DNA from: Fimbriosthenelais zetlandica
Taxonomy: Eukaryota
NCBI GenBank assembly: GCA_977030845.1
Contig: OZ365113.1
Span: 17,236,001-17,300,000 of the forward strand
Direction of reading: 5' to 3'
DNA: 64,000 nucleotides
The notes beneath the pieces were generated by a model. It saw only the letters and a list, made by a program, of their open reading frames with translations, was not told where the DNA came from and did no database searches. This document shows, piece after piece, positions 1-14,700 of this stretch; positions within the stretch are counted from its first letter, which is position 1, and each line of letters begins with the position of its first letter. The translations under genes and the position numbers were made by a program.

Positions 1-3000
1 TGAATTTCCAAGAGAATAATGCCATGATATGAGAGCTGCATGCATCTCATTATCTGACTGGGAGGATGATATATAAGGATTGTGACGGGTGATTTCTACA
101 CGGTCTTACAATCCGGGCAGCACTTTGCATTTGGCTTTTGTTGCCTCGGGCCTGAGGCATGGGAGGTTCTCCATTCATTGCGCCTGATACAATCTCGAGC
201 AGAAAAATAGGTCGACCTAAATGGCTTTTTGTTTCAACATGCCCACGGATAATTGTTCTTATGAAAAATGGCACATTCCAGTCACGCAAAACTAGAATGA
301 TTATGCTCAGCTGAATCAAATTTAATTCTGATTGTTTTTATATGTGGCGTACCTTCTCATTACTGCTTAGCTCCTAAAAACGGCCACAGGATTCAAATCA
401 ATACTGGTTTTTTGCCATTGTTAGCAAACATTCTGATATCGAACAATTCTATCATTGCATGACTTGTACTGTAATCAAGGATACAGTTGCCACTAGGTAT
501 TGCGAGCCGTGCTTCCTGCAGAATTACTGTCTGCCTTTCACTTGATATGCCATCCCGTGTTGTAGAGAAAGGAGAATGCTATGAGCCACAGTGACAGTTT
601 CTACCTGTCAATTGGAATATGAAAAATACACTTCAAGTCTGAGCAAGTTCATTCACGCAATTTCAATAAGAGAAGTACCAGAAGAAATGATTGTCTCTTG
701 ATTTAAGTATCTTCTCTCCTGACAACCATCTATACTGTCAGATTGCTCGCATAAAGGAGGTAGCATATCTCATTGTATTGAGCTGTTATATTTGGCAATG
801 AAAAGGCAATGCACCAGAGCATGTCTGGCATGGAATCTGTGCCTTCAATATCCAATGACAGGGCAAGCAGTGGTGGAGTGGAGGGGAGCATGTATATCCT
901 TCTTTATGGAGTGCAATATCTAGGCTATGGCTTAAAACATCTATGCTACCAGGTTCCCAATGGCAAGGTGCACTGGGAATCAACACCGATTCATCAGTTT
1001 GGCGTTTTAATCAGTGCTGCCCTGTGGATGTGTGTACAGGCAACATTAACAGGCCATATCAGTTCCAGACAGTGTCACTGGCTAATGACAAATAATTCTC
1101 TTATTTCTAATGTGTACACATATGGAACAATCCACACAATAAAATGTTTTGCAAAATAAATGTTTTGCTTGGCAACCGGATTGTGGAAGATACAAATCTT
1201 TCGATGCGTAAAACCCATGGGTTATGACAGACCTCATGCCATACTTGTTCATGTCCAACGGGTTTTTGAACGACCTATTCTCAGTTTAGAGATTATTCAG
1301 TGCATGATAAAGGAGACACCTCTATTCCCCGAGCCTTTCGGGAAACAGGTATACATCACAGTCTCATACATACAAATGGTCAGGAAGGACATGCTGCAGA
1401 GAGGAGGCAGCCCCCTTGTCATCTCCTAACCTCCACTTGTTGGGGGAGGGTGTCGGGATGGGGGAAGAGCTATATAGGAGAGAATAATGACTGTTCAGCT
1501 CTTCAGTCCTGCAGGGATTCTCTCCCTCCGTACTGATCCCCAAATCTTGTTGCCAGCTTGTTAGGCCCTTGTTGGAGCATACTAGCCAGGTCGCCTGGGG
1601 ATATACTCTATTTCCTCGAGGGCTGGTAGCGTCTGTATGATCTATAACGAAGGTAACTGGAGCTGAGGATGGTGGATAAGGCTCTACATACCTAACACCA
1701 CATCTGAATCCCCACCTCAAACATCATGAAATTCCCTATGTCTTATATGATACAGCAGGCACTAATTAACCCTCTTCGCTGGCTTCGGTCGACACACATC
1801 ATCATCAATTCTTCGCCTCCGTATTTCTCTTGTTCTTCAGAAGTTGAAATCCATCTTCTTCGCAACACGCCAAAATAATCATGATAGTAGGACCAATTTT
1901 TACAGTGATATATACAAGACGTCCATTAGCCTTTTCGTCTTTCTTGCTTGTCCGGCTGAAGCAGATGGGGGAGCTATAAATAACAATGATAATTTATGTA
2001 TGATAACTGGAGTTGGACCGGGTGAGGCCACTCCCGTGTGTCACCCCTAGACCATGGCCATATAGCCTCACCAGAGACAGTGGGAAATGAACATAACAAG
2101 CGGAAGACTTTATTGTGCAGTACGCTCGGCCCGCTCCTAAATCAGCTATGGATTTTTATTATGGCCACCGCCCTCAGAGGCACATAGTGCTGTCCCTTTA
2201 TGGCAGTGTCTGATCTGTTGCCATGGCTTGCATTCCCAATCTACTAGAGGCAGGGCCATATTCTGTATTTGGACATGTGTTCCAAGGCGTAAATAACCCA
2301 TTCACCAGCCTACATAGGCCGTTTAATCGTCCCCAGAATGGTTTTTGGTATTGATCTTTGCCTTTGCACCTTCTTTTGATATAAATTGGGATGACCTGGG
2401 GCTTGATGCATTGAGAGAAATGTGGACATGAAGACAGCATAAAGCACTCAAATAGTTCATGATGGTTCACAGCTGAAACATCTTTATATCTTCTAAGGCT
2501 ATACGAACAGAGGGCCATACCATATAGATGCATAGATGTGATCAAAGATATAAATAACTTTCTTCTTTTTACGTCTCCAAGACAGTGTTTAGTGAACTCT
2601 GAACAGGACACTGGACAGGTCACGGCACAGAATCGATGGACACCATCCATTCTGTATATTTATCAGATAAAAACCTTTCCACTCTTCACAGAAAAAAGTG
2701 ATAAATTTACTTGAATGATTTATCACCGGGTTATAAAGGAGTGTTCCTGAACACATGGGACCAATTCATCGGAGAATAGCCAGATTGTCGCAGGTGCTCT
2801 AGTGATCGCAGTTGATTCAATTGCAACAAGATGCTTCCATAGGAGATTGGGATGGCAGAGAACCGGAGGGGTTGTCAAATGCCCCTCCCCGGCCACTGCC
2901 CGTCCCCCTTCTTCGCCACCCCTGCACCAGACTGACCCTGGGTGACCCTGTACATATTGAGTGTGGGGCTTGATCCTGTGAACCCAGGCCAATCCATCCT

Positions 3001-6000
3001 GAAACCGCAATGAGGAGAAGGGAAAAAAGGAAGACTAAAAGGACTTCAATCGACTGCTTTTTCTTCTTCCTCGATGTGACCCTCGGGTGATGTCTGCCAC
3101 CTCCAGCGGTAGAGCCGTATAAACATCAAACCTCACAAAACTACTTTCATCCCACCTTTTATCAGGAACACTGAGTACCTAGACGCACCAGAGCCTTGGT
3201 ACTTATCTGAATTATCTCCACACACTCCAGAAGATAGGAGATGTGAAACAACGAGTTACTTAATGTTGTCTTGCAGATATCAGGCGATCAGATGGGCAGA
3301 GGTTCAATTAGGTCAGAACGAAATCAACTTGCCATAGAAAAAGAGTTGGCTTTCACTAGAACGAGAGCTTGTACGAGTGTTTCAATGAGTATACATATAC
3401 ATATATAGCATCCGAACACGGTCCTCTCGACGATACTCGTGCAAATGGGCCATGGATGCCTTCTGACAAAATTGTCCTTGTATAAAACCTGTTTCAACGC
3501 TGGACAATCTGACAGGCAAGCAAAATGAAAGACTTGCGTACTGTTCTTTACTGGCACTTGGTTACAAGATTGTTTGCCTCAAGTCAAAGTGGATCATGGA
3601 TCAACTGATAACATTTTCCCTTGAGTGGAACTCCATAAAATGCTGTCTCCATTTTAGGTGTTTTTCTCACCCAAGACTTCTTCCCTTTTAAAATGTTCTT
3701 GCATGTCCTCAGTGCGATGCTTTTTCGACATCATTGTTGGATAGCTGGCTGATAAGGCGAGTGGGAGAACCATGGTATTATTACCAGAGAGGAGCATTAT
3801 CTTCCTATGACACCCATTATTAATTCATTCGATGTTGCCTATTTCGGCGAATGCCAAACTGTCAGGGCACAGTAGCTTTCTGCCATGTTTGAGAATTATG
3901 GCAACCCAAAATCTCCCTAAATCTAATTGTAGAAGTGAAGGAAAGCATTAGGGATGAGTTTAAAGCGGGAGAGTAGAATGTCTAGAATTCATGGGTTATT
4001 GCCTCATTTCTGTATACTTCTACCATGGCATTAAACGTGTTTACAGAACTCAGTGTGTCCCACCACCTGTCAACTGTACTGGTCCCTCCACTAAATCACA
4101 GCTTTCTGCTTTCAGCCGACCAAACAAACAACATTATTACTATCACTGATGGCTGGATGTAGGTCTGCCTGGCATATGACTGGAAAATGTTCTCTTCTAC
4201 CACAGAGCCAGAAAACATTACGTATTTTCCTATACTTCTATAGGTCACGAATCATGAAGAATAACCATAACCCGACTATTCGCGGCGCGCATAGTCATGC
4301 AATTCTGCTGTAAAACGGAACACATAAAGAACACCAAAGCACATAATTATTACTCTCCATTACTTTGGTACCCAGGCTTTCCCAACCTACATTTGGTAAT
4401 TTCCCTGAAACCTGTTCATCATATTCTGTATAGGGTTCCCAGTGGATATTTCTGCTGGGAAACATACTTTAGACTACCTGTACATACACTCATGCTTAAC
4501 ACTGAGAAGGGATACTCACGTTCAGCCCAGCCAGGCCACCTGTCGGTAAATGCTGGCATTCCTGCACTAAAAGCACTGCACGAAAGAAAGCTGTGACTGC
4601 GGTGCTGACGCGGCCATGTGGTTTGGTGAATTAGACAAGTCTTTATCATCTCGATCTGACGCGTCTCACCATCCATGTATTCCCTGAAATATCATAATAG
4701 AAATCTCTCAATGGAAGTGATCATATATAATATTATACTTAATATCTATCACTCTAAACTCAGATATAACTGGGATATTTTCCAGGTATGCTATGAGAAT
4801 TTCAGGAAGCATTTTTCATGAACATGAACAAATACAAGTATTTGAGTATATTTTTTTCACTGCGATGAATATTCCCATATTTGATTTATTTTTCCTTCCT
4901 ACATTTAATTAATCTTTTTAGGTATGTTAGCTGAATTTCCAGCAGAGTGCATCATGGTAATTTCATCCTCAGGTGCTCCAAGCACTACTGACGTCTCACG
5001 ATCTTCTGTGGTACTATGTGCAGAACAGTCACGGGGAAAATCTCTGCTCTCCATACCCACCATACGGTGGTGATTACTGAAAAAAATCTCAGATCCTTTC
5101 CTTCAGAACGGCGTAATGTAAATTCATACACAGTGCCTTCATGTAGGCCTAGGCAGAATTCTTCTAGGCATTGAACTTTGTTCTGTATACGACTGTGTGT
5201 TTCGTTTGCTTATGTTCAAAACACTTCTTCGAGTATATTTTAATAAAATCACATTAGTAATAAAGATTCTCTATTCACCCTGTGACCCAATTCCCACAGT
5301 GAAATATTGCAAATGAAGTCTGTTTAAACCGTGTTCTACTTCATTTTCGCAGAATATCTCACGATCTTTTGACGTGTTCATGAAACATGGTGAATATATG
5401 AATATTCAGGTTTAGAAACATTAAGGCTGGGTAATACTATGAATCGTGGTTATCACCCTAGATGACGCCACGGTGAGGGAAGCATGTTAGGCCCTCCCCC
5501 GACTATCTCTCCTGGAAAACCAGCCCTTGCTGCTGATCTGTTCAAGTGTTTATGCACAATGACGTATGGTTGAATTAACTCCCAAGGACGAGTATTGTCC
5601 TGGTGCCAAGGCATTGGATAAGGATGAAAAAAAGATTTTTTTACATCCCATAATAGAGATAGGACAAAGAACATAATGGCTTTTGCATGCACTGCTGCAT
5701 TATCCCCAAAAAAAGGAGAAACAAAAGAAGGAGGAGAAAGGGAGATTCTTTTCGTCATGGTTTCTCTTGCATTTCCTGATAATATGGCGTCACTCTCCCT
5801 ACCCGTGACCTATATCATGTATATTGTTCTGCATGTATGATGTGCACAATATATCCCCATATTAAAGATATACAGTTCCATATCTAATAAATCTCAAAAT
5901 GTTGCAGATGCAGCTAGTACATGCATGCAACCAGCCCCAGGTCCCTCTCCAATATTACAGACCCATAAACTGGCGGCTAAATGGCAGTCTGCGCATGAGC

Positions 6001-9000
6001 ATGCATGTATATGGCAGGGAGAGACTCACGGGAGAGGGCCCAGGGGGTCGGGGCCCCTCCCAACCCCCCATGATTTTCCCTCACTAAATAGCACAAAAGT
6101 TCGGATGACAATGAGGCAGCCATGTTCCAACAATGTGAGACCCCTATGCCTATACCCATACGGACCCCCAGCTCACACAAATCCTGTACTCTATTTATTT
6201 CCCCGTATACCACTGTTATTAATCACCAGATCTATGCGGATTATTGGGAGTTAAAACCATTCATCAAAATGTTATTTTTGGAGGCAAGGGAGGATGGCAT
6301 GTAAATAAATCAATATCAGGGCATATATAGAGATACATCAAGTTGAAAGTAGGGCGTGGTATAATGCCACATGTACCTCGCAGATTGATTACCAAACTCA
6401 TGGTTGATAGAGGCTTATCACTGATGGTGATTTTTATGACCTCAGAGGCTTTGAAAGAGTAATGATATTGACAGTGAAGCAGCACTGGTAATGAGTTTAG
6501 ATAATGAAAGCATTAACCATTGAAATACAGGATGTGCTTTGTAATGAATACAAGCATGGCTTGTCTTATGCGTTTGAATAGAATGATTTATGGATAGCTA
6601 GGATTAGCATATCAATGGAAAAAGTAAGACTTTCATTTATAATACATAAAAAAAACCTCAATTTCAAGGTCCAAGAATCATCTGCCTATGCAGAGGTTAT
6701 GTATAATAGATGGGAACCTCTTATGGGATCAGTTGACTGTACTTGTATTGTCTGCAAGGATCTATAGCCTATCAGGGAATAATGACCATTAAAAACTACA
6801 AACAAAACGGTTAAGAATGACCTACATCTCTGTAGATTAAATGAGAGACTCGGTGTTATAATGGGAACATAAAGTTAATGTTTCTCTGGAGTAACATGCT
6901 CCCACGAGGATCATCGCCTCATGTTTTTACCGCAGATGATGAATATATATTATATTGACCTCGGGAAATTATAATACTGGTTTTTGTTCCACCAAAGATA
7001 GAGTAATGATTCTTTAAGGAGAATCAGAAAGCACTGCACTTTTTTCACAAGATGGTGGGCAAGTCTTCATCTAGATAACATTTAATCTTCATCTCATTTT
7101 CTGGACGTCTGCCTTTTTAAATTATGTAGATACCATCTCTAGAAATGTGTCTCTATTAATGGTAGCTATATGTATATCTGTTAATAATATAGAGATGCTT
7201 GGCATCTCTGAAATATGGATCACTCTATTTATAAAGCAAGGTCTACCCTCTACTGGGTGTTGGATCGTTGATGGAATGGCATTAAAAAGTGCTGATACTT
7301 TCCTCTAACTGAGTTTGCCTCTGTAAAAGATGTACCACTTGGATGCACTGAGAGCACAGAGGACCATATCTAAGTGAATTTAATGTGTTCAACACTCTGA
7401 ATATTTTAAGAGGAAAAGTCTTTTCTGAGCACCATAATCTAAGCCAGTATTGATCCCTTTATACAGCACAAAAGGCGAGTTTTTATTTTGCATGCTCAGC
7501 TGCAGTGTAACAGGGTCTCTATTTGTTTGAGAAGGGTGTCATCTTCTGAAAGATATGCACAGGTATAGCTGCATAATACATGCCAAATGGCTCGCAATAG
7601 TACAAATTGGCGAAGGTTAGTTCAAGATCTTTGACACAGAAGAAGTGGGAATGTTGACGTACATCCATTCAGTCTGATCTTCTAGACAAGAAATATAGTT
7701 TCGCGCAGCTATCGCTTATATACCCTCAGCCTGAACAAGTAGAATAATAAAGTGACATAGATATGCAGTTTTTCGAAGGAACTATGTTGTACACAACAAA
7801 CATGATTCCCTTGAGAAAATGATCTAGAGCAATAGAGATGTGCTCTCATTACACAATAAACAACAAAGAGCTGAGTCTCCCTTAAGGACATAAGAATACT
7901 TAATTTCTCCCCCAGGTATAGGACAATATTAGAGACTCCCATGAAATATGGTACAGGGTGGAGGGTATAGGCCTTCAGAGAATGTTACGTAAAAGCAAAT
8001 TCCCTCAATTCACATGTTACATAAATATGTTATCAATTACGAACATTGTGTCCTAAAATTGAAAGTCACATTTGACGGTGTTTGGAGAAATGGAAGCGAA
8101 TCGTTTGTGTTCTATTGAGCGAGGTGTCTCAATTAGAACACGGCATAAAGAAGCTTATCTTTTATAATGTATATATACAAACGACCTCTAAGAGATGCTT
8201 CCTTAAAGATAAAAGATAGTATAACTTCACTTTGACTATGGAATGGTATATTGAATTCTAGTCAAATACAACTTGTTGAGTCAATCGAAGAGTGCTGGAA
8301 TTGTACCAAGAAGCTGCATCAAAATTATCCACGAACATGTGAGGGTGGTCCGAAATAAATATTGCGTGTTGAGTAGTATAGATAGTGGGGATTCCTTGCT
8401 CTAGCTCATGCAATATGCATTGAGGATCTGACTGTTCTGACAGCAAGGGCAGCATGGTATTGAAGCAAACCCTACTTTTGCATGTGTGAAAATCAACAAA
8501 GGGAGAACTGATTAAACTGTCCTTCCCGAATCTGGGGTTTCAGGGTGAAGCAAGGCAAAGTAAAATACACACGTAGGACAATCAATACAAGGGGTGCTGA
8601 TAACACCTGTTAGACCATGAATAATTCATCCTCCTCTGGATTAGCGTTTTCAAAGTTCATTCTTTCTACACTGCCGGAGTAAATTGAATGAGCAATTGAC
8701 AGGGGACTTACAGGGAAGCGAAGTAAACTAAAAAAAACAAACTTTAAAACTGAGTAGCTGCTATGTTTGAAATTCTTCAATAGAAAAACTATTTGATTTT
8801 TTGATTATCAACAACAACATAGTTCCTTAATGAAGTTAGAAACATTGATTGTCTGTGTCTCAAAGAGACATCCACTTCATTCAATCAAGACCGAACTTCA
8901 AACTGCATTCAAATTTGCCTGAATGCCTATCATTTTTTACGATGAACTGGACGAAAGCCAATGGAAATAGTTTGCATTGGGTATAACTCTATTATATGCC

Positions 9001-9004
9001 GACT

Positions 9005-9520
9005 GCTATGGATGGCTTCTGCGCCTCTGTTGCTGGCACGCTTCATCTGATTGCTGGGGAATAAGAGAGTTCCCTGTAGCCATCGGTGGTTTCACATGGT
9101 GAGCTATATTGGTTGTATTTGCTGGTTGGGCTGGTAGTATTATGAGGAGGGGTTCGTGCCCTAGAGCTTTCACTGTATGCCTGACTTTGGGGTTCATCAG
9201 GGTTTTTTCTGCTGGATCCCAAACCACCAATGCACTCCCTACACCCACCACTCGAGGCCATCATCAGTGCCACGTGGGGATCCAATAAGACAGCCTGCGT
9301 CACTTCCACACATGCGCTAAACGCCAGATTAAATCACATGCTTGCCCTAGGGTCAAGCATCAGGTCCGGATGTGGCTTGCAGCATGATGGTGCTGGCCTC
9401 CACCTCATTGTAAACGGATGATGTACAATTCAAGCAACTCGTGATCCCTCAACCACCCTCAACAGCCTCTTGCCTCAGCGATAACAAGCCACCCCACCAA
9501 TGCTAAAGTAATTCTCCATC
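9005..9520 (-). mobile_element. Possible heavily decayed Gypsy/Ginger-type integrase remnant
   Basis: Stitching frames by eye gives ENYFSIGGVACYR*GKRLLRVV ... SYW/PHVALMMASSGGCREC. This resembles the YWP-x12-CxxC end of the integrase zinc-binding region. It needs stops and frameshifts, and I recognised no clear DDE motif. Confidence 0.25.
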
Positions 9521-9601
9521 CAGATCTCTCCCACTCCACCATTTTCAAATATACCTGCACTTTGTGCCACCGATCGAGAAACTTCAGCAGAGCTGAGCTC
9601 A

Positions 9602-9639
9602 GCGCCATCTTGGCTAGAGCATGTGCGCATGAACGGAAG
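9602..9639 (-). promoter_or_regulatory. Promoter-like cluster of ETS, NRF1-like and YY1 motifs
   Basis: The minus strand reads CTTCCG (ETS, 9634-9639), then CATGCGCACATGC (NRF1-like, 9619-9631), then AAGATGGCGC (YY1, 9602-9611), all within 38 bp of CpG-retaining sequence. Confidence 0.45.
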
Positions 9640-12600
9640 CAATCTAGGAGCCATCACAGCATGGGAAAGTCAACAGAAAAGGAAAACACAAACCAATCGA
9701 TCAGGGCAGGCAGGAGAGACAGGCAAAGAAAGATTGAACAGCTTGATAACTGTGTCTGGCAATGAAGTAATTTGCTAGATTATGTTAGCTGTTCCCATAA
9801 TATTTGCTCCCAGACCTGCATGCACCTGCATTATAATAGTCTCGGCGAGTTACATGTAATCAGAAAGTTCATGAAGGAGAATTGATTTACTCAGTCACTA
9901 TCCTCAGCATTCTTTTTTCTCCTGGATGGAGATGAAAATACAATCACCAGCATTCCATTAAATAACCATTCAATTATTAAATGGCACGTCCTGTTGATTT
10001 TAGCTGCTTTTTAGAATAGATCGAGTTCCTCAAAGACATTTTTGTCTTAGAAGAACCTTTTAACTTGTTGCTATATATCTGATTAGACCAAGGCGTATTT
10101 GGTCAGCAAATCACTTGTGGCGGAGAAGCGAGGAACTGCTATTTTTGGTCAAGTCGAAAGCTAGGGCCAGTTATCCCTCAGGCTGGAGCCATCTTTCTCG
10201 GCAGTGGTGGCTTAGTTAATTCTTTAGATCTCTGGGGTATTGTTTCGAGAGCCTGGCTTCAGGAATTCCATGAGGAAACTTTATAGCATCTAAGAATAGA
10301 CTTGGATGACTTTCAGAATCTGACATGGAACTGTGGGGAACACATTCATAAATGTCTTCAAACAAATGGAAACACCGATGGGAAAGAGGGTTCCCATTGA
10401 TCTATGGGAAAAGGTCTATTAATAACTAACCCTCTGTCTGGAAGGGAGTGCAGCATGCAACACTCAGACTTACATAAGCAGTTCATTTATTACCACTTAT
10501 TCATGTAGTTTCTCCCCAATACAGGAGAAACTAATATGATCATCTCATCAGAAAACCTAAAGATCCATATGTAGGCGGAGGTCCCCGAGCTATCACTGCT
10601 GTTCACGTATAGAATTAGCGGTATTCATGTGGGAGCCTGTCGCCCTCTCCCCCACCCACATATCTCCATCATTGCCTTGCCGAATGTTGCTCAGGCGGCA
10701 GTCACATCGAGCCACTTGGAGATGTACAAAATTCAGTGACAACGAATGCTGCTGGTGACATCTCTCCTCCAGACCTGCTCCTTCTCTTCTTCCGGCATCT
10801 GCTCCTTCACCATCCGCTGCTCGGTCATCTGCTGCATCTCTCCGACCATCTCCTCCGTTCCTTCCCACTTCCATCTACGTCCCTAGATCAGCTGCATTGA
10901 GCAAAAGCAATGTTCTTGTTCTTCCTAGCCATCATCACATATTAACTTTATATTATATACTGTGTCTCAGAGGTGCTTCTTTTCTACCATTTATTATCCA
11001 GCCACTTCGTTCCGTAGGGTCTAACAGTGGCACATGTGCACTGAGACAGAGGAAGGTGCCTGGGGGCAGCTGCAGTCATCACTATAGCAGCCAATACTCT
11101 GAGCACTGTCAGTCGGCATACCATGGCTGTCAAGTGTCTCTGACCCCGTCTGTCCACCCGCCCCCATATACACATCACCAATGCAAATGCAATTGTCCTC
11201 ATCCTCCGCCATCACTACCATCTCCCATCGTAAACCATTCCCTAGCTCCTCTCCCCCTTTTTTCCTGGTCCATACTTAATGGGGGTAAATGTGCAGCAGG
11301 GAACTTAGACCACATCCAGGGACTGGGGTCAATGGTATCCTATACGAAGAAGGCTGGTGAATGGTGTGTATTGATGTTGACTGATGGACATTTAAAGCCC
11401 TTGCTCCAAGTCCCTTGCACACCAAAGGTCAGAAAGCATATTAGACTGTGGTGCCCATAAATGTGGTTATAAACAAATGATGAGAAGCGACATAATTGCG
11501 CCATATGGCTGTAGAGCAAGGCCTTAAACTTGATACTATTTTCGCTTAAGTTGCTGGCCTCTGCCATATTGGGAATCTCTATGAAATATTGATCTCACCT
11601 TCTAAGTTAAGCTCATGCGGCGAGAACCATGTTTTATAAGTACAAGCTGCGTATGGTTGAATCTTGTTTGCACTACTACAACTGGGATGTCTGGGACTTT
11701 GGAATCTGTTCAAGGGTGGGCTAAAAATCCCTAAACCCATATATCATTATTATTGACCATGTCCACTGCACACCCAAACCTCTTATCATCTTAGTGCAAG
11801 CAATTCCACCATCTTGGGATTCAACGGGACATGCGTGGGGATCAGTTGGGGCCTTGATATGGTCACTGATAAGCACATGTCCACTGTATTGGACCGTTAT
11901 GGTCAACTAATGGCAGTTTGGGTTTACCAATAATAAGGGAGGGACTGGTTTGAGATAGCAGCAGCAGTTGAAGATGACTTTGATAAACCAAGTTGAGATG
12001 AGTTCGCTTGGTGCTGAAAGCCTACTATTGAATTCAATTTGGTAATCGCATCATACGTGAAAGGGGGTGTGACAGGAATGAACTTTGGTCTTTGTGGTCC
12101 TTTGCTCTTTGGGCATATTTTATCGGCTGTACAATAAACATAAGGAACCATATATTATGCACGGTGACAGGTCCTTATTTATTCGTTGCAAAGATAATCT
12201 GTAACGATGTAATGGTTGGGTTCTCATACAGAGGATGAGAAGGCCTAATCAGAGCACAATGACCAAATGTAGAGGAGATTTTAAGAGCATCAATTGATAC
12301 CGCGGTTGATGAGATTGGGGAACATAGAGATGTTATCAGACTGTGAAGGATGGATATTTGGCGTTCTATTGTGTTAATCTCAGCTTACATCCAACACCTC
12401 GTGAATTACCCAAGCAAATAGAGACTGAATTTGTCTTGCTTTCATTTACTGTTGCGCCTTCATTTTACTTGTTGTTTTGGTAGAGAGAGAGGGGGGTCTC
12501 TAGCACACAGCATTGTTCTCTGATCTATTACCTGTCTTGGTTTACAACTGATGGGAATCGCGAGGAGGAAGTTAAACCCTCGCACCCTAACAGCTGTAAG

Positions 12601-14700
12601 GCCTACTGTGGAGAGGATGAAATGCTTGACCTGTGGGGTTCTTCGCTCATATTTAATTCCCCTTCGCAGCAGGTATGTTGACTATTGCCTGCTGCGCTAT
12701 ACACTACACCTTCACCGGAGTGCAGCTCTCCCCAGCCGCCATACCTATGTTCATATTAATGTACTCAGCTTCACTGGCATGCACCTATATTATCCCTGTC
12801 AGATAGACCTACTTTTACATTGATTTACGAACTCAATCAGCTTTTTTTATAATAATTCCCGAGAATGTCACCTACAGAAAAGAAATTAAAGGAATGTACA
12901 TTCTTCTGTAGGACAGAATATGGTATTCATTGCAAGGAGACAACTTATCTGGCTATAAGGAGGGTATGTATGGCTGAAGGCAGGGGTTATCACTTTAGAT
13001 AATGGTTTTTTATCGCTTTACCATTTCTTCTTTGTCTGGAAGTCAGATAGGGCTATTGAGGGCACTGGACAAGCAGCCGTTGGATTATAGGGAACATGAC
13101 AAACATTTTTAAAAGATGGAAATGTATTTTGCATGAAAAATGAAAATGATAATTCTATGATCTAATAAAATCACAAAACAGAATTTCCATTTACATATGT
13201 CAGCAGTTTTAACCGACAAAATGGATGGACTATATATACGGGCAGGTATAGACACTCGCCCGTGTGTGAATATGAGGGCACTCTAAATGCATAACATATC
13301 ATGAATCTATACACTGAGTAGAGATAAATATATGAGATAACAATAGACGCTATGTCCTAAAACTATTGATATTAAAATATGATCCCGATTCAATGAATTG
13401 TTTATCTCCGACCGTGGGGGTTCATAAGTATAATTAAAACCGTTCTAATTGACAATTATAATAGGAAATGTAATGGGGAAATGATGCTCATTTAGTAGAG
13501 AGTTCAGTCTGAAGCATAATTTGACCAGTTAGGTCGATGGCTAATCCCACTTGTACAATGGAAGCATGTGATGGCTTATAATGAACACCTCTGCTTATTT
13601 CCAATAAAACATTGAAGGCAGGTGCATGTGAAATGTGTTTTAATACATGGTTTCTATTGCCAATCAGTATGAATTAGGAATGAGCTTCCTCCTGACCTGG
13701 CTGCGATACACAAACATGCTGCCTCTGCTCAGTCTGCCAAGGGATGGAGGCAAGGGATGAAGAATTGGAAGGATGGGGAGGTCCATGCATATGGTAACCG
13801 GCGAAGCCAATACCAAGCAAGCACATTGGACTGCATCCAAGCTAGCTCCCAATACTTTGATCCAAGTCAAAATGACTGTGTATACATAACCTGTTCCCGC
13901 CTGTGGGATTGCTCCAGAATGGAGCATAGATTACCAGCGATAATTATTTTTAACCCAAATGAGTGACGTAAACGGAAGGGGTATGAAAGTTCAGTCGTAT
14001 AAGACTTCCTGGTCTTCAGACCAGGGTTGAATGTTGCCTTCCTCCCATCCATCATCTACCCCATCAACACACTATTAAAATGACTCGGGTCTTGCTGATG
14101 AATAAACGAAAGTAACCTTTTTATAAGACATGACACTGAATACCTGAAGAAATATAAATAGTCCAATTCAGATGCCTTCGTCAGCCAGGTGTGCATGAGT
14201 AACCATAACAATGTACCCGTATCTAGAAGCCACAATCCAAATGTTACATACCATTGAGTGTCCAAACCAGCACCACTAGTAAGTGGTTATGTAATCTCTT
14301 GTGCTGTGCTTCATTATTCAGTTCATAATTCTAAGCCATCTGCATTAATCGTATAGAGGGAGTCTTTCACAGATGACTGATGTAATTCCCTTTGAATATA
14401 GCTCTTGGGTAAGCAGAGTCTGCACCGCCCCTTGATAATGCTACTCCATGATGCCAATTCATTACCACACAGCCGGTTTAAACTATTCCCAAAGTTAACT
14501 TGTCGATTAACTAGTCTGGTGCAGCAAAATATCTCCTATAATTCCATTAGTAACAAAACTGAAAAATATTCCCAACGCTACTAGACATTAGATTTTAAGG
14601 CAAAACCGAGACAATCTTGCAGCCTTCACATCGGATCCATACTGATTATACTTAATTGGAACGCCTATTATAATTAGAACTTTGTGAACCCATGACACTC

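Noticed and set aside
2514-2523. GGCCATACCA as a 5S rRNA start
   Set aside because: Only 10 nt match and the similarity does not continue.
10897-11460. 187-aa ORF as a gene
   Set aside because: It has a non-ATG start and His/Pro/Cys/Ser-biased content with no recognisable domain or splice support.
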